A stretch of 55,931 nucleotides of DNA from Bacillales bacterium UBA7642 (lineage in GTDB: Bacteria > Bacillota_I > Bacilli_A > RFN20 > CAG-288), in assembly GCA_002483745.1 (NCBI GenBank), contig DLIM01000025.1, forward strand, positions 1 through 55,931, given 5' to 3'. Positions 28,638 through 37,920 of this stretch are shown one piece after another. The position numbers were made by a program, and so were the translations under genes. Every line of letters starts with the position of its first letter. Position 1 is the stretch's first letter. The notes beneath the pieces are model-generated. The model was not told the DNA's origin. It did not search any database and was given only the letters and a program-made list of their open reading frames with translations.

Positions 28638-29872
28638 TATTCATTACCTCCTTTTGTTTTAAGACCTTTAACAAGGATTTTCTCGTAAAGACTACTAGCT
28701 TGTTTAGCGTCCCTGTCCTTATGTTTAAATCTAATTAATAAGCCTTTGAAGAAATTAGAGAAACCAGCCAAGTAAATGATAACTGCAACAATGATATCAG
28801 CAAAGTATCTGTTGTAGCCAACACTGACTAAGTTAGTTCCTGAAGCATTGATGTAACGGATGAATAAGGCAGCAAAGATACAGGCAATAGGATTGCAGTT
28901 AGCTAAGAAAGCACCAGCAATTCCAGTGAATCCATAATCAGGTAAAATCTGATAAACGGATTGATACTGAATCTCAATACCAGGATTAAGGTAATACAAA
29001 GCACCACCAAGGCCAGCTAAAGCACCAGCCAAACCCATGGCAATAAGAATATTCTTCTTATCGTTAATACCAGCGTACCTAGCTGAGAACTTGTTCAATC
29101 CGCAGGCCCTCATAGAATAACCCAGGGTAGTCTTATTCATTAAAAGCCAGCATAAGATAGCGATAACAACAGCAAGGAATATGCCAATATCCAAATAAGA
29201 ATTGTTAGTCAATGCCTTTAAGCCTAGATTTGGTGTGCCATTGCCGGTTGAAGAAGTAGTAAGCAAATATGCCGATTTGCCGCCAGGCTTATTGACCATG
29301 AAAGAAAGGTTATCAAGAGAGAAAACCCAAGTGAAGATGTTGGCAGCAATCCAGTTTGTCATAATAGCGACAATAACTTCATTGATGCCAAAATAAGCTT
29401 TCAATGCGCCTGGAATAAGCCCCCAAAGTATGCCCGCAATTGCAGCAATGACCAAAGCTAAAATCCAAATAAACACGCCTTGTGTCGCATTAGAAGTGGA
29501 ATCAATAGAAAGAGCAACCAGTAATGCACACATCGTTCCCATTAAGAACTGGCCTGGGGCACCAATGTTGAATAGACCAGTCTTATAAGCAACAGCAACA
29601 CTCAAGGAAGTGAATATCAAAGGGACGGTATAGAAAACCATATTGCCAAAGTCATTAGCCTTATCAAGAGCAGTGAAAGGACCAGAGAATAAGTACCCTA
29701 AACCCTTTAAAGGATCAGCATCAGCAAGAGAAGAGGAGAAGGAAGCAAAAATCATTATAAGGAAACCAACCAGCAAACCAATAAAGACGCAAATCAAAGA
29801 TGAGCCCAAAGAAGTTAAACCATCGGCAGGAGCAGAAAACAAACGTTTGACTTGTTTATTTGATTTCTTCAT
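28637..29872 (-). CDS. ABC transporter permease (BMP-family importer, first permease)
   Basis: Polytopic. The ATG at 29872 follows GGGGG; the track start at 29890 is a TTG. It overlaps the ATPase 3' end. Confidence 0.8.
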   Translation of the reverse strand: MKKSNKQVKRLFSAPADGLTSLGSSLICVFIGLLVGFLIMIFASFSSSLADADPLKGLGYLFSGPFTALDKANDFGNMVFYTVPLIFTSLSVAVAYKTGLFNIGAPGQFLMGTMCALLVALSIDSTSNATQGVFIWILALVIAAIAGILWGLIPGALKAYFGINEVIVAIMTNWIAANIFTWVFSLDNLSFMVNKPGGKSAYLLTTSSTGNGTPNLGLKALTNNSYLDIGIFLAVVIAILCWLLMNKTTLGYSMRACGLNKFSARYAGINDKKNILIAMGLAGALAGLGGALYYLNPGIEIQYQSVYQILPDYGFTGIAGAFLANCNPIACIFAALFIRYINASGTNLVSVGYNRYFADIIVAVIIYLAGFSNFFKGLLIRFKHKDRDAKQASSLYEKILVKGLKTKGGNE

Positions 29873-31478
29873 TTTTGTGGCCCCCTTCAACTAAAGTAGC
29901 AACTTCTTTTTCAACGCCCTCACCAAGAGAGTTTCCATTTTCATCAACCTTCATTCTCTTAGCACCAGCCATGTAGAGACCAAGCTCAGGAATAGTGACA
30001 TTCTTGGGATCAAAGGAACCAACTATTTCACCTTCATACATGACTAGAATTTTATCAGCAAGATTCATAACCTCTTCAAGTTCAAGAGAAACAAGTAACA
30101 CAGCTGAACCCTTATCACGGTCGGCAATAATCTTTTTATGAATGGATTCTACGGCACCGACATCAAGACCACGGGTAGGCTGAACAGCCACAAGAAGTGA
30201 ATGATTCTTATCAAGTTCACGTCCAACAATGACTTTCTGCTGATTACCGCCAGACATACTTCTAGTAATCGTTTCGCTTCCCTGAGATGTACGAATATCG
30301 TAAAGCTTAATTAGTTGATCCGAATATTCTTTACGTTTCTTAAAATTAATCCATCCATGATTAGAAAATCTTTTATCACGGTATTGTTCAATAACCATAT
30401 TCTGCTGAATATTATAGTCAAGAACCAAACCATATTTCTGACGGTCTTCAGGAATATGAGACATACCATTTTTGATTTTTGTGAAAATGCTTTTCTTGGT
30501 AACATCAATATTGTTAAGAACAACATTACCCTTTTTAACATTTTCAAGCCCAGTAATGGCATTGACTAATTCCGTCTGACCATTGCCTTCAATACCGGCA
30601 ATGCAGACAATCTCTCCGGAATGAACCTTAAAGGAAACATCCTTCACAGTTTCCTTATGGGTATAAGGATTCTTAACAAAAAGATGAGAAACGTTCAAGA
30701 CTTCCTTCCCAGGCTTAGCATCAGCCTTAGGAACGTTGAAATGAACTTCACGTCCAACCATCATTTCAGCCAATTTCTGCTGGTTAGTATCCTTAGTAGC
30801 AATAGTACCAATACATTTGCCTTTTCTTAAGACCGTGCAGGTATCGGCTACTTCCATGATTTCATTAAGCTTATGAGAAATAAAGAGAATGGATTTTCCT
30901 TCTCTTGCCATATTCTTCATTGTCTTCATCAAGTTTTCGATTTCCTGAGGAGTCAAAACAGCGGTAGGTTCATCAAAAATGAGAATATCGTTATCACGAT
31001 AAAGCATTTTGAGAATTTCAGTACGCTGTTGCATACCAACAGAAATATCGCTGACCTTAGCATTAAGATCGACTTCCAAACCATATTTCTTCATCAATTC
31101 TTCGCATTTAGCACGGGCTTTTTTCTTAGTTACCCAGCCACCATGAGAATCTTCATCGCCCAAGATAATGTTATCAAGGACACTGAAGCACTCAACAAGC
31201 ATAAAGTGCTGATGAACCATACCGATGTGAAGAGCGGTAGCATCATTAGGTGACTTAATGTGAACTTCTTTTCCGTCTTTATAAATAGCGCCTTCATCTG
31301 GCTGATAAAGACCAAAAAGAACACTCATTAAAGTCGATTTTCCGGCACCGTTTTCTCCTAAAAGGGCATGAATCTCACCTTTTTTTAATTGAAGATTAAT
31401 ATGGTCATTAGCTCGGATTCCGGGGAAATCTTTAACGATATTCCGCATTTCGATTACATATTGAGGTTTTTCTTCCAT
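29856..31478 (-). CDS. ABC transporter ATP-binding protein with two fused ATPase domains
   Basis: Walker A GENGAGKST, signature VGMQQRTEIL, Walker B ILIFDEPT, and a second domain with MSGGNQQKV and LLVAVQPTRGLD. Confidence 0.9.
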   Translation of the reverse strand: MEEKPQYVIEMRNIVKDFPGIRANDHINLQLKKGEIHALLGENGAGKSTLMSVLFGLYQPDEGAIYKDGKEVHIKSPNDATALHIGMVHQHFMLVECFSVLDNIILGDEDSHGGWVTKKKARAKCEELMKKYGLEVDLNAKVSDISVGMQQRTEILKMLYRDNDILIFDEPTAVLTPQEIENLMKTMKNMAREGKSILFISHKLNEIMEVADTCTVLRKGKCIGTIATKDTNQQKLAEMMVGREVHFNVPKADAKPGKEVLNVSHLFVKNPYTHKETVKDVSFKVHSGEIVCIAGIEGNGQTELVNAITGLENVKKGNVVLNNIDVTKKSIFTKIKNGMSHIPEDRQKYGLVLDYNIQQNMVIEQYRDKRFSNHGWINFKKRKEYSDQLIKLYDIRTSQGSETITRSMSGGNQQKVIVGRELDKNHSLLVAVQPTRGLDVGAVESIHKKIIADRDKGSAVLLVSLELEEVMNLADKILVMYEGEIVGSFDPKNVTIPELGLYMAGAKRMKVDENGNSLGEGVEKEVATLVEGGHKNEEIK

Positions 31479-31555
31479 AATTTAGAATCCTTTCGAATTT
31501 TTAATAAAAAGGCCCTTACCTTTAAAGTAAAGGCCTCTTTTTGATTCTACAAAAA

Positions 31556-32695
31556 TTACTTATCTAAAGTAACTTTAATGTGGGTCATAGAAGCAGTATT
31601 AGTAGCCCACCAAGCAGCATCATTGATGTCAGAAGGAACAGTTCCATCAGGTACTACAGTACCATCCTGAACAGCTTTAAAGATAGTATTGTACTGAGCA
31701 GTAGTCCAAGTTCTAAATCTCCAGGAATCAGTATCAGTAGGAAGACCAGTGGCATTATCAGAAGCGCCAAGGTTCTGATTCTTGCCGCCAAGGGTTGAAT
31801 CCCAAGAGCCACCATAATACTGACCTAAAATCTTCTGGACAGAGGCATTTAAGCCCTTAGTAGCAGAAGTGATAACCTGTTTAGAAAGACTAGCCTGATC
31901 AACATCAACACCGATAATGTACTTATTAGTCTGTGAACCAACAGCAGCAACTACGGAGTTAATCATAGAACCACCGCAGGAGAAGACAACTTCAGTTCCG
32001 CTAGTATACCAACCAGAAATCTGAGTCTGAAGTTCAGTAGAAGCAGAGAAAGCAGAACTGTACTTATAAGAAATCTTTACTTCAAGAGGAGTGGTAACTC
32101 CCTTTTCTTGGGCACCAGCTTCGATACCTTGGACATAACCCCAAGCATATCTTTCACAAGCAGGGTTAGTTCCTCCGCCACCGAAAGTTCCACCAAGCTT
32201 AGTAAAGCCATCCATAGCAGCGCCATAACCGGCAAAGTAGCCAGCTTCCTGTTCCTTATAAGTAATAGCAGTTACATTGCTAAGAACAGTACCATTATCA
32301 ACTCCTTTATCATTGACGGAATCAGTTAGTGACCAGCCATCAACGAAGACGAACTTGACATCACTATGAGCCTTAGCAACGGTTCTCATAGCAGCAGCCT
32401 GAAGATAACCAGGGGCAACAATAACCTTGGCACCATTCTGGACAGCTAAGTTGTAAGCGGCAATACGATCGTTATCGTTTGCAGTTGAACCATTGGCAGG
32501 CTGATAGTACTTGTAGGAAAGCTTGTTGGCCTCGGCATAATCCTTAGCACCTTCATAAGTGCCTTGGTTAAAGCCACCATCCATCAACGAACCAACATCA
32601 GTTACAACAGCGATTTCATAAGTGCTCTTCTCACCGCAGCCAGCAAGAGCGAAGATAGAGGCAACAGCTAATAAACTGACTAATGATTTTTTCAT
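31556..32695 (-). CDS. BMP-family (PnrA/TmpC/Med-like) substrate-binding lipoprotein, probably nucleoside-binding
   Basis: Lipobox LAGC. Contains VVTDVGSLMDGGFNQGTYEG and VIVAPGY motifs typical of the basic membrane protein family. Confidence 0.85.
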   Translation of the reverse strand: MKKSLVSLLAVASIFALAGCGEKSTYEIAVVTDVGSLMDGGFNQGTYEGAKDYAEANKLSYKYYQPANGSTANDNDRIAAYNLAVQNGAKVIVAPGYLQAAAMRTVAKAHSDVKFVFVDGWSLTDSVNDKGVDNGTVLSNVTAITYKEQEAGYFAGYGAAMDGFTKLGGTFGGGGTNPACERYAWGYVQGIEAGAQEKGVTTPLEVKISYKYSSAFSASTELQTQISGWYTSGTEVVFSCGGSMINSVVAAVGSQTNKYIIGVDVDQASLSKQVITSATKGLNASVQKILGQYYGGSWDSTLGGKNQNLGASDNATGLPTDTDSWRFRTWTTAQYNTIFKAVQDGTVVPDGTVPSDINDAAWWATNTASMTHIKVTLDK

Positions 32696-32906
32696 ACGGT
32701 TTCCTCCTTGAGTATGAAATTTAAGAAAACAGGCCCCAAATTACTTGTGGACCTTCTCGACTTAACTCTTACTTGGATTTAGGAAAAGCGGCACATCCTT
32801 TCGCTTTCAGAGTTACTTTGGAAAAATGGTTGAGATTTCATTTCTTATAGTCTTAGATAATGAGAAGTGCAAACCAGTTTCTTTTGTATCTGTTTTCTTC
32901 TTCATT

Positions 32907-32934
32907 ATTTTATCACAACATTTCACTATGGCAA
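32907..32934 (-). promoter_or_regulatory. Candidate promoter of the nucleoside ABC operon
   Basis: On the minus strand, TTGCCA - 16 nt - TAAAAT with an upstream TG (TGATAAAAT). This implies a leader of about 200 nt. Confidence 0.4.
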
Positions 32935-33126
32935 CAAAAAAAAGAATAAGTTTTAAAAATGTACAATATTCTAATAAAAATGGTTCCTTTTTTCTTAAAA
33001 GGTGAAATAAAGCTATTTTTTCTATTTCCTTGCTTATTGCCTTTTTATAAGGGAAAATATGGAAAAAGTTAAGTTTAAATAAATATTAAAATAGAAAGCA
33101 AGTAAGGAAAACTAGCCTTTTAAGAA

Positions 33127-34503
33127 TTAATCTTCCTTAGAAAGTCTTTTCTTAATCTCTTTGATGACTGAAGGGATGATGGGCTTATTGATTTCAACAT
33201 AAGAGCCTTGTCCTTGGATTTCTCTGATAGTTAAGCTTTGTCCATTGTAATTGATGGTTGTTTTTACCTTATATTCTATCTTTCCAACTAAAAAGCCGGC
33301 ATACATGAAATCATTCAGGCAGTCTTTTTCACTCTTCCAGACCTTGGTTATTTCGTTTTCTCTAAGAAGTACATTGATAGGTCTAATCTCACGATTGTCT
33401 TTTCTGACTTTGGGGGCGCCTTTATGAACTAAAGATGAAGGAAAATATGTTTTCCCTTGATTATTGGACACTAACCGGAATCTAAGAATGTTGTTGAATT
33501 CCTGATTCTCGTTAGGGGCATTAAAATAAATATCTTTCTGATAAGTGACTTTTTCAGTCTTAGAAAATTTCTTTAAATAGGCAATAGCCTTAGTATTAAG
33601 AACCGGAATTATTTCTTTAGTGATATAAAGGTCACCTGCTCTTAACTCAGAGAAGGTCATATCGTTGTTCAAAACAATATCAGCTTGGCTTCTTGAAGGA
33701 AGAATAGTAGATAAGTAGGCATTAACTATGTACTTAAAATACAAAGAAATAGTAAAGACATTATCTGCTGAAGTTAATTTAGCATCTCTGATGATACGTC
33801 TTAAGAAAAGAGACTTAGGGTTTCCATCGATAAAATTAGTAACTAAAGGAGCATCAGAAAGCTCATTGACTAAAAGTGGATCAAGCGCATAGATGCCTTC
33901 AACAATAATGACATCAAGTTTGGAGCCATCAATTATCTGCTTTGACGGCACCCTTTCAGAAACGACCTTAGAGTAGGTCTTTTCCTGTATTTTTTTGCCA
34001 TCTAAAAGTTTCTTAACATCCAAAGCAGCTTCTTTTAAGTTATAAACTGAGGGCTCATCAAAGTTCAGTTTCTTCCACTCATTCTCAAGTCCTTTAATAA
34101 AAAGAGGCATATCCTTAGCATGCAAAAGTTCTCTAGTATTGGATTCAATTTCTTTTAAGATCGAAGGCGAGTACTTTTTATCGAAAGGAACATTATAAAT
34201 AATCTTTTTAATTACCCTTTCAATCTCTTCAATGTTCTTCAATTTGCCATGAAAGTAATTCTGGTTAACTTTGTTAGGGATGATACCAGAGAGACCAAAA
34301 TTATATTGATCAAGAGAAATAATGACTGAGTGATGTTTACTGGCACCTAAAAGATTTCTCAAATACCTAGCCGCATAGGATTTCCCTGAGGAAGAAGCGC
34401 CAGAAATCAGAACCACAGCTTTTGGTTTAGTCTCCTGTATTTCTTCTATCAAGTCGAGATTAGCAAATCCAAACTTATCAATATGGTGATATTCAAAGCT
34501 CAT
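33127..34503 (-). CDS. Uridine-kinase-like P-loop kinase fused to a C-terminal CYTH-like domain
   Basis: ISGASSSGKSY (P-loop), SLDQYNFG, NFDEPSVYNL...LLDGKKIQEKTYS and VIIVEGIYAL match the Udk family. The C-terminal ~170 aa (QKDIYFNAP...ILRFRLV...HKGAPKV...KVKTTINYNGQSLTIREIQGQGSYVEIN) matches the CyaB/ThTPase (CYTH) pattern. Confidence 0.65.
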   Translation of the reverse strand: MSFEYHHIDKFGFANLDLIEEIQETKPKAVVLISGASSSGKSYAARYLRNLLGASKHHSVIISLDQYNFGLSGIIPNKVNQNYFHGKLKNIEEIERVIKKIIYNVPFDKKYSPSILKEIESNTRELLHAKDMPLFIKGLENEWKKLNFDEPSVYNLKEAALDVKKLLDGKKIQEKTYSKVVSERVPSKQIIDGSKLDVIIVEGIYALDPLLVNELSDAPLVTNFIDGNPKSLFLRRIIRDAKLTSADNVFTISLYFKYIVNAYLSTILPSRSQADIVLNNDMTFSELRAGDLYITKEIIPVLNTKAIAYLKKFSKTEKVTYQKDIYFNAPNENQEFNNILRFRLVSNNQGKTYFPSSLVHKGAPKVRKDNREIRPINVLLRENEITKVWKSEKDCLNDFMYAGFLVGKIEYKVKTTINYNGQSLTIREIQGQGSYVEINKPIIPSVIKEIKKRLSKED

Positions 34504-35289
34504 CTAGTTCACCTTTAAAGTTATCCAATTAAGTAAAGAAGCAGCAGAATTATAGAAAAGCCTGCCAATAGAGAAAGTGGAAGAATCATCTAGCTTCAAA
34601 TCAGAGACAAGCCAATTGTTTAAACCAGTGACACCATTATTCAAAGTCAGCTGATCAATTAAAACTAAAACCATCATCAAACCGAAAATGAAGACTGAAG
34701 TTAAAACAATCTTGCTGATTGATCCGGCAAATCTTCCTAAGAAGCTTTTACCTTTCTCACCAAAGATATCTCTTTCTTCACTGCTTTCATTGCCGTTACT
34801 ATCCTTAGAAGAGACTTTATGTTTGCATAGAGCCTTAACGATAGCGAAAGAGACAATAAAGAAGACTAGCACACAGATAGCAATCAAAGTCCAAAAAGCA
34901 AAAGAAGAACCTAAAGCCGAGCTGACCGTTTTATTAGTAACCGTAGCTCTTGTGATAAACATCGGCTTAAAGAAAGTCGGAAATCCTAAATCACCTAAAG
35001 CAGTCGACATGGCACTCTCCTTGGCCGAAGAATCAAGAGAGGAGATATCCAATGTAAAGTCAGAAGTAGTTGGAAGCTTAGAAGCAAAGAAAGAAGTCAG
35101 AGAGGAATTACCTAAGGAAGTATTCATCAAGGCTCTAGCTACCGGTACGCCACCAAAATAGCCGACTAAGGCCCCAACCAAAAAAGCAAACCTACCTGCT
35201 CCGTTCTTTCCGAATCCTTTGGCAAAGCCCCAAAGAAAAGCTAGAATCAGCAAAACAATGATGACAATATCAATAATTCCAAGTTTCAT
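34504..35289 (-). CDS. cvpA: CvpA-family membrane protein
   Basis: N-terminal IIDIVIIVLLILAFLWGFAKGF... is typical of the colicin V production protein family. It has four or more TM segments. Confidence 0.65.
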   Translation of the reverse strand: MKLGIIDIVIIVLLILAFLWGFAKGFGKNGAGRFAFLVGALVGYFGGVPVARALMNTSLGNSSLTSFFASKLPTTSDFTLDISSLDSSAKESAMSTALGDLGFPTFFKPMFITRATVTNKTVSSALGSSFAFWTLIAICVLVFFIVSFAIVKALCKHKVSSKDSNGNESSEERDIFGEKGKSFLGRFAGSISKIVLTSVFIFGLMMVLVLIDQLTLNNGVTGLNNWLVSDLKLDDSSTFSIGRLFYNSAASLLNWITLKVN

Positions 35290-35822
35290 TAATAATAGAT
35301 GCTATCCTTGATTTTCTTTTCAAATTCTTCACCCTTGAGTTCTTTGATGATAGCTAAGCCAAAATCGATAGTAGCTGAGCAGCTTCTTCCAGTGATTAAT
35401 TTACCATCGACAACCACATACTGATCTAAGAAGGTACCGCCAAAGTCTTCATTCATAGAAGTAAAGCAGGTATATTTCTTGCCACTTAATAACCCAAGAT
35501 GACCTAAAATAGTCGGCCCGGCACAGATAGCGGCAAGATATTTGCCAGAAGAAGCAAAATAATTGATTAATTTAAGAAAATCAGGATTGCGTTCTTCAGC
35601 AATATATTCTGGTCCACCAGGAATGACTAACATATCATAGCTAGTAGGATCGATTGTGCTTAAATCAACTAGCTCAGAGCAGGTGACATCATAACGGCCG
35701 GTTGCCTTGTCATCATCAATTGCGGCTAAAGTCACTTCAATCCCAGCTCTTCTTAAAAGGGCAATCGTTCCAATAGCCTCTAATTCTTCAAAGCCATCAG
35801 TTATTACTTCAAGAACTTTCAT
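35289..35822 (-). CDS. DJ-1/PfpI/ThiJ family protein
   Basis: The ATG at 35822 gives MKVLEVITDGFEELE... Contains the nucleophile-elbow AICAGP and VIPGGP. Confidence 0.85.
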   Translation of the reverse strand: MKVLEVITDGFEELEAIGTIALLRRAGIEVTLAAIDDDKATGRYDVTCSELVDLSTIDPTSYDMLVIPGGPEYIAEERNPDFLKLINYFASSGKYLAAICAGPTILGHLGLLSGKKYTCFTSMNEDFGGTFLDQYVVVDGKLITGRSCSATIDFGLAIIKELKGEEFEKKIKDSIYY

Positions 35823-35908
35823 AATTAACCCCCATCTATAAATTTCTTTAAACAAAGTTCCTATTATTTTATATAATATGTTAGTTGAAATAAAGTAAAA
35901 CAAATTAA

Positions 35909-37048
35909 ATGCGCACTATTGTTAAAGAAAAGAATTCAAGCCTAGGTTATTCCTTCCCTTTTGAAGGAGAAAAGCATCTTGCTACCTTGATTATCCTCCC
36001 TTATCGGGAAGATACTTGGAGAGAGTCTGCTCTTCCAGCTTTAGAGGAATACTTAAGCTTAGTCAAGGCAATCAGCCAATTTGAAAGAGTCGTAATCATT
36101 ATTGATCCTCGGATTTCCTATCAGACGGTCAAGAATTTTCAGCTTCCCAATGTCACTATCCTAAGGTTATATAGTGATGATAGCTGGGCTAGAGATACCT
36201 TGCCGGTCTTCCTGAAAGACCAGAAAGACGATCTTTTAGGTGTGGATTTCGGTTTCAATAGCTGGGGTGGAGATTTTAATGGTCTTTATAAGCCTTGGGA
36301 TTTAGATAATGCTATTGGAAGAAAAGTCCTCTTAGAATTAAAGATTCCTCGATTAGCAGAAAAGGATTTCATCCTAGAAGGTGGAAGCATTCATACCGAT
36401 GGAGAAGGAACACTTCTAACTACCTCTGAATGCCTTCTTTCCAAAGGAAGGAACCCAAACCTTACTCAAAGTCAGATTGAAGATGAATTAAAGAAAACTC
36501 TAAATATTCAGAAAGTCCTCTTTTTGCCTTTTGGAATCTATGAAGATGAAACCAGCGGGCATGTCGATAACATTGCTTGCTTTTTAAAGCCAGGTACCGT
36601 CTTATTATCCTGGACTGATGATAAAAACGACCCTCAGTATGATCGTTCTTTGAAAGATTTGGAATATTTGGAAAGTGTCACTGATGCAAAAGGTAGAAAA
36701 CTTGAGATTATTAGAATGCCTCTACCCTCAGTCCAGTATCTAAGCGATAAAGAGGCTAGCGGCATTAAAATCGATGGCAAAGCCATTGAAAGAAAAGGCG
36801 GTAGACGTCTAGCTGCCTCTTATGTGAATTTCTATATGGGCCAGGATTTCATAATTCTTCCTCAGTTCCATGATGCTATGGATGAAAAGGCTGTTACAAT
36901 CCTTGATAGTTTCTATCAGGGAAAGAAGAAAATAATCCCCCTTTACTCAAGAGAAATCCTTCTTGGCGGTGGCAACCTCCATTGCGTCACTAAGCAGGTT
37001 CCATATTCGGACTTATATGAAGTCGAACCCAAGGAGAACGAAAAATGA
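35909..37048 (+). CDS. aguA: Agmatine deiminase
   Basis: 379 aa. Contains WARDTLPVF, GGSIHTDGEGTLLTTSECLL, SGHVDN and the C-terminal GGGNLHCVTKQ (catalytic Cys). Confidence 0.9.
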   Translation: MRTIVKEKNSSLGYSFPFEGEKHLATLIILPYREDTWRESALPALEEYLSLVKAISQFERVVIIIDPRISYQTVKNFQLPNVTILRLYSDDSWARDTLPVFLKDQKDDLLGVDFGFNSWGGDFNGLYKPWDLDNAIGRKVLLELKIPRLAEKDFILEGGSIHTDGEGTLLTTSECLLSKGRNPNLTQSQIEDELKKTLNIQKVLFLPFGIYEDETSGHVDNIACFLKPGTVLLSWTDDKNDPQYDRSLKDLEYLESVTDAKGRKLEIIRMPLPSVQYLSDKEASGIKIDGKAIERKGGRRLAASYVNFYMGQDFIILPQFHDAMDEKAVTILDSFYQGKKKIIPLYSREILLGGGNLHCVTKQVPYSDLYEVEPKENEK

Positions 37049-37920
37049 AAGTAACCTTATCGGCAACTCAGATGAGCTGTTCTAGTAGCTATGATGAAAA
37101 CATCAAAAAGGCTACTAAGATAATCAAAGAAGCCAAAAAGCAAGGCGCCGATGTAGTTCTGCTCCAAGAGCTTTTTGAAAGAAATTACTTCTGCCAGATT
37201 GAAGATTACAGTCGCTTTGATTTTGCTGAAGATTATCAGCACAGCAGGACACTAGATTATTTTGAAAAGGTAGCCAAAGATAACCAGGTTGTACTTCCGG
37301 TTTCCTTCTTTGAAAAAGCCGGAAACTGCTACTTCAACTCAATATGTGTTATTGATAGCACTGGAGAAAGATTAGGGCTATATAGGAAAACCCATATTCC
37401 AACAGGCGAATGCTATGAGGAAAAATTCTATTTCACTCCCGGAGATACCGGATTCAAGGTCTTCAATACCCATTATGGTAGATTAGGTATTGCTATCTGC
37501 TGGGATCAGTGGTTTTTAGAGACTGGAAGAATCCTGGCTTTAAAAGGTGCCCAATACTTGTTGTTCCCGACCGCTATTGGTTCAGAGCCGATTTTGCCTA
37601 TTGATTCTCAGCCCCATTGGCAGAATGCCATGGTTGGTCAGTCAGCTTTAAACATCATGCCTGTTGTGGCCTCTAACAGAATCGGAACTGAAAAAGAAAA
37701 GAATTCCTCAATGACTTTCTTTGGCAGTTCATTCATTACCGATGAATGTGGAAACGTTGTTGCAAAAGCCAGCCGTGACAAGGAAGAAATTCTAGTCCAC
37801 TCTTTTGATTTGGATCAGATTGATGCTAAAAGAAGAGATTGGGGTATCTTCCGTGATCGTCGCCCTGAGATGTATAAGGACATTCTTTTAAATGATGCCA
37901 CTTCTAAGGAGAACAAATAA
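37045..37920 (+). CDS. aguB: N-carbamoylputrescine amidase (nitrilase superfamily)
   Basis: Contains LQELF (Glu), YRKTHIP (Lys) and ICWDQWF (Cys). Its start overlaps the aguA stop (ATGA). Confidence 0.88.
   Translation: MKVTLSATQMSCSSSYDENIKKATKIIKEAKKQGADVVLLQELFERNYFCQIEDYSRFDFAEDYQHSRTLDYFEKVAKDNQVVLPVSFFEKAGNCYFNSICVIDSTGERLGLYRKTHIPTGECYEEKFYFTPGDTGFKVFNTHYGRLGIAICWDQWFLETGRILALKGAQYLLFPTAIGSEPILPIDSQPHWQNAMVGQSALNIMPVVASNRIGTEKEKNSSMTFFGSSFITDECGNVVAKASRDKEEILVHSFDLDQIDAKRRDWGIFRDRRPEMYKDILLNDATSKENK

Noticed and set aside
32696-32906. A purine or 2'-deoxyguanosine riboswitch upstream of the nucleoside ABC operon
   Set aside because: I looked for the conserved UAUAAU...GGAUAUGG...CCGUAAAU...GACUAUG elements on the minus strand and found none. 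The leader is kept only as an unclassified structured region.
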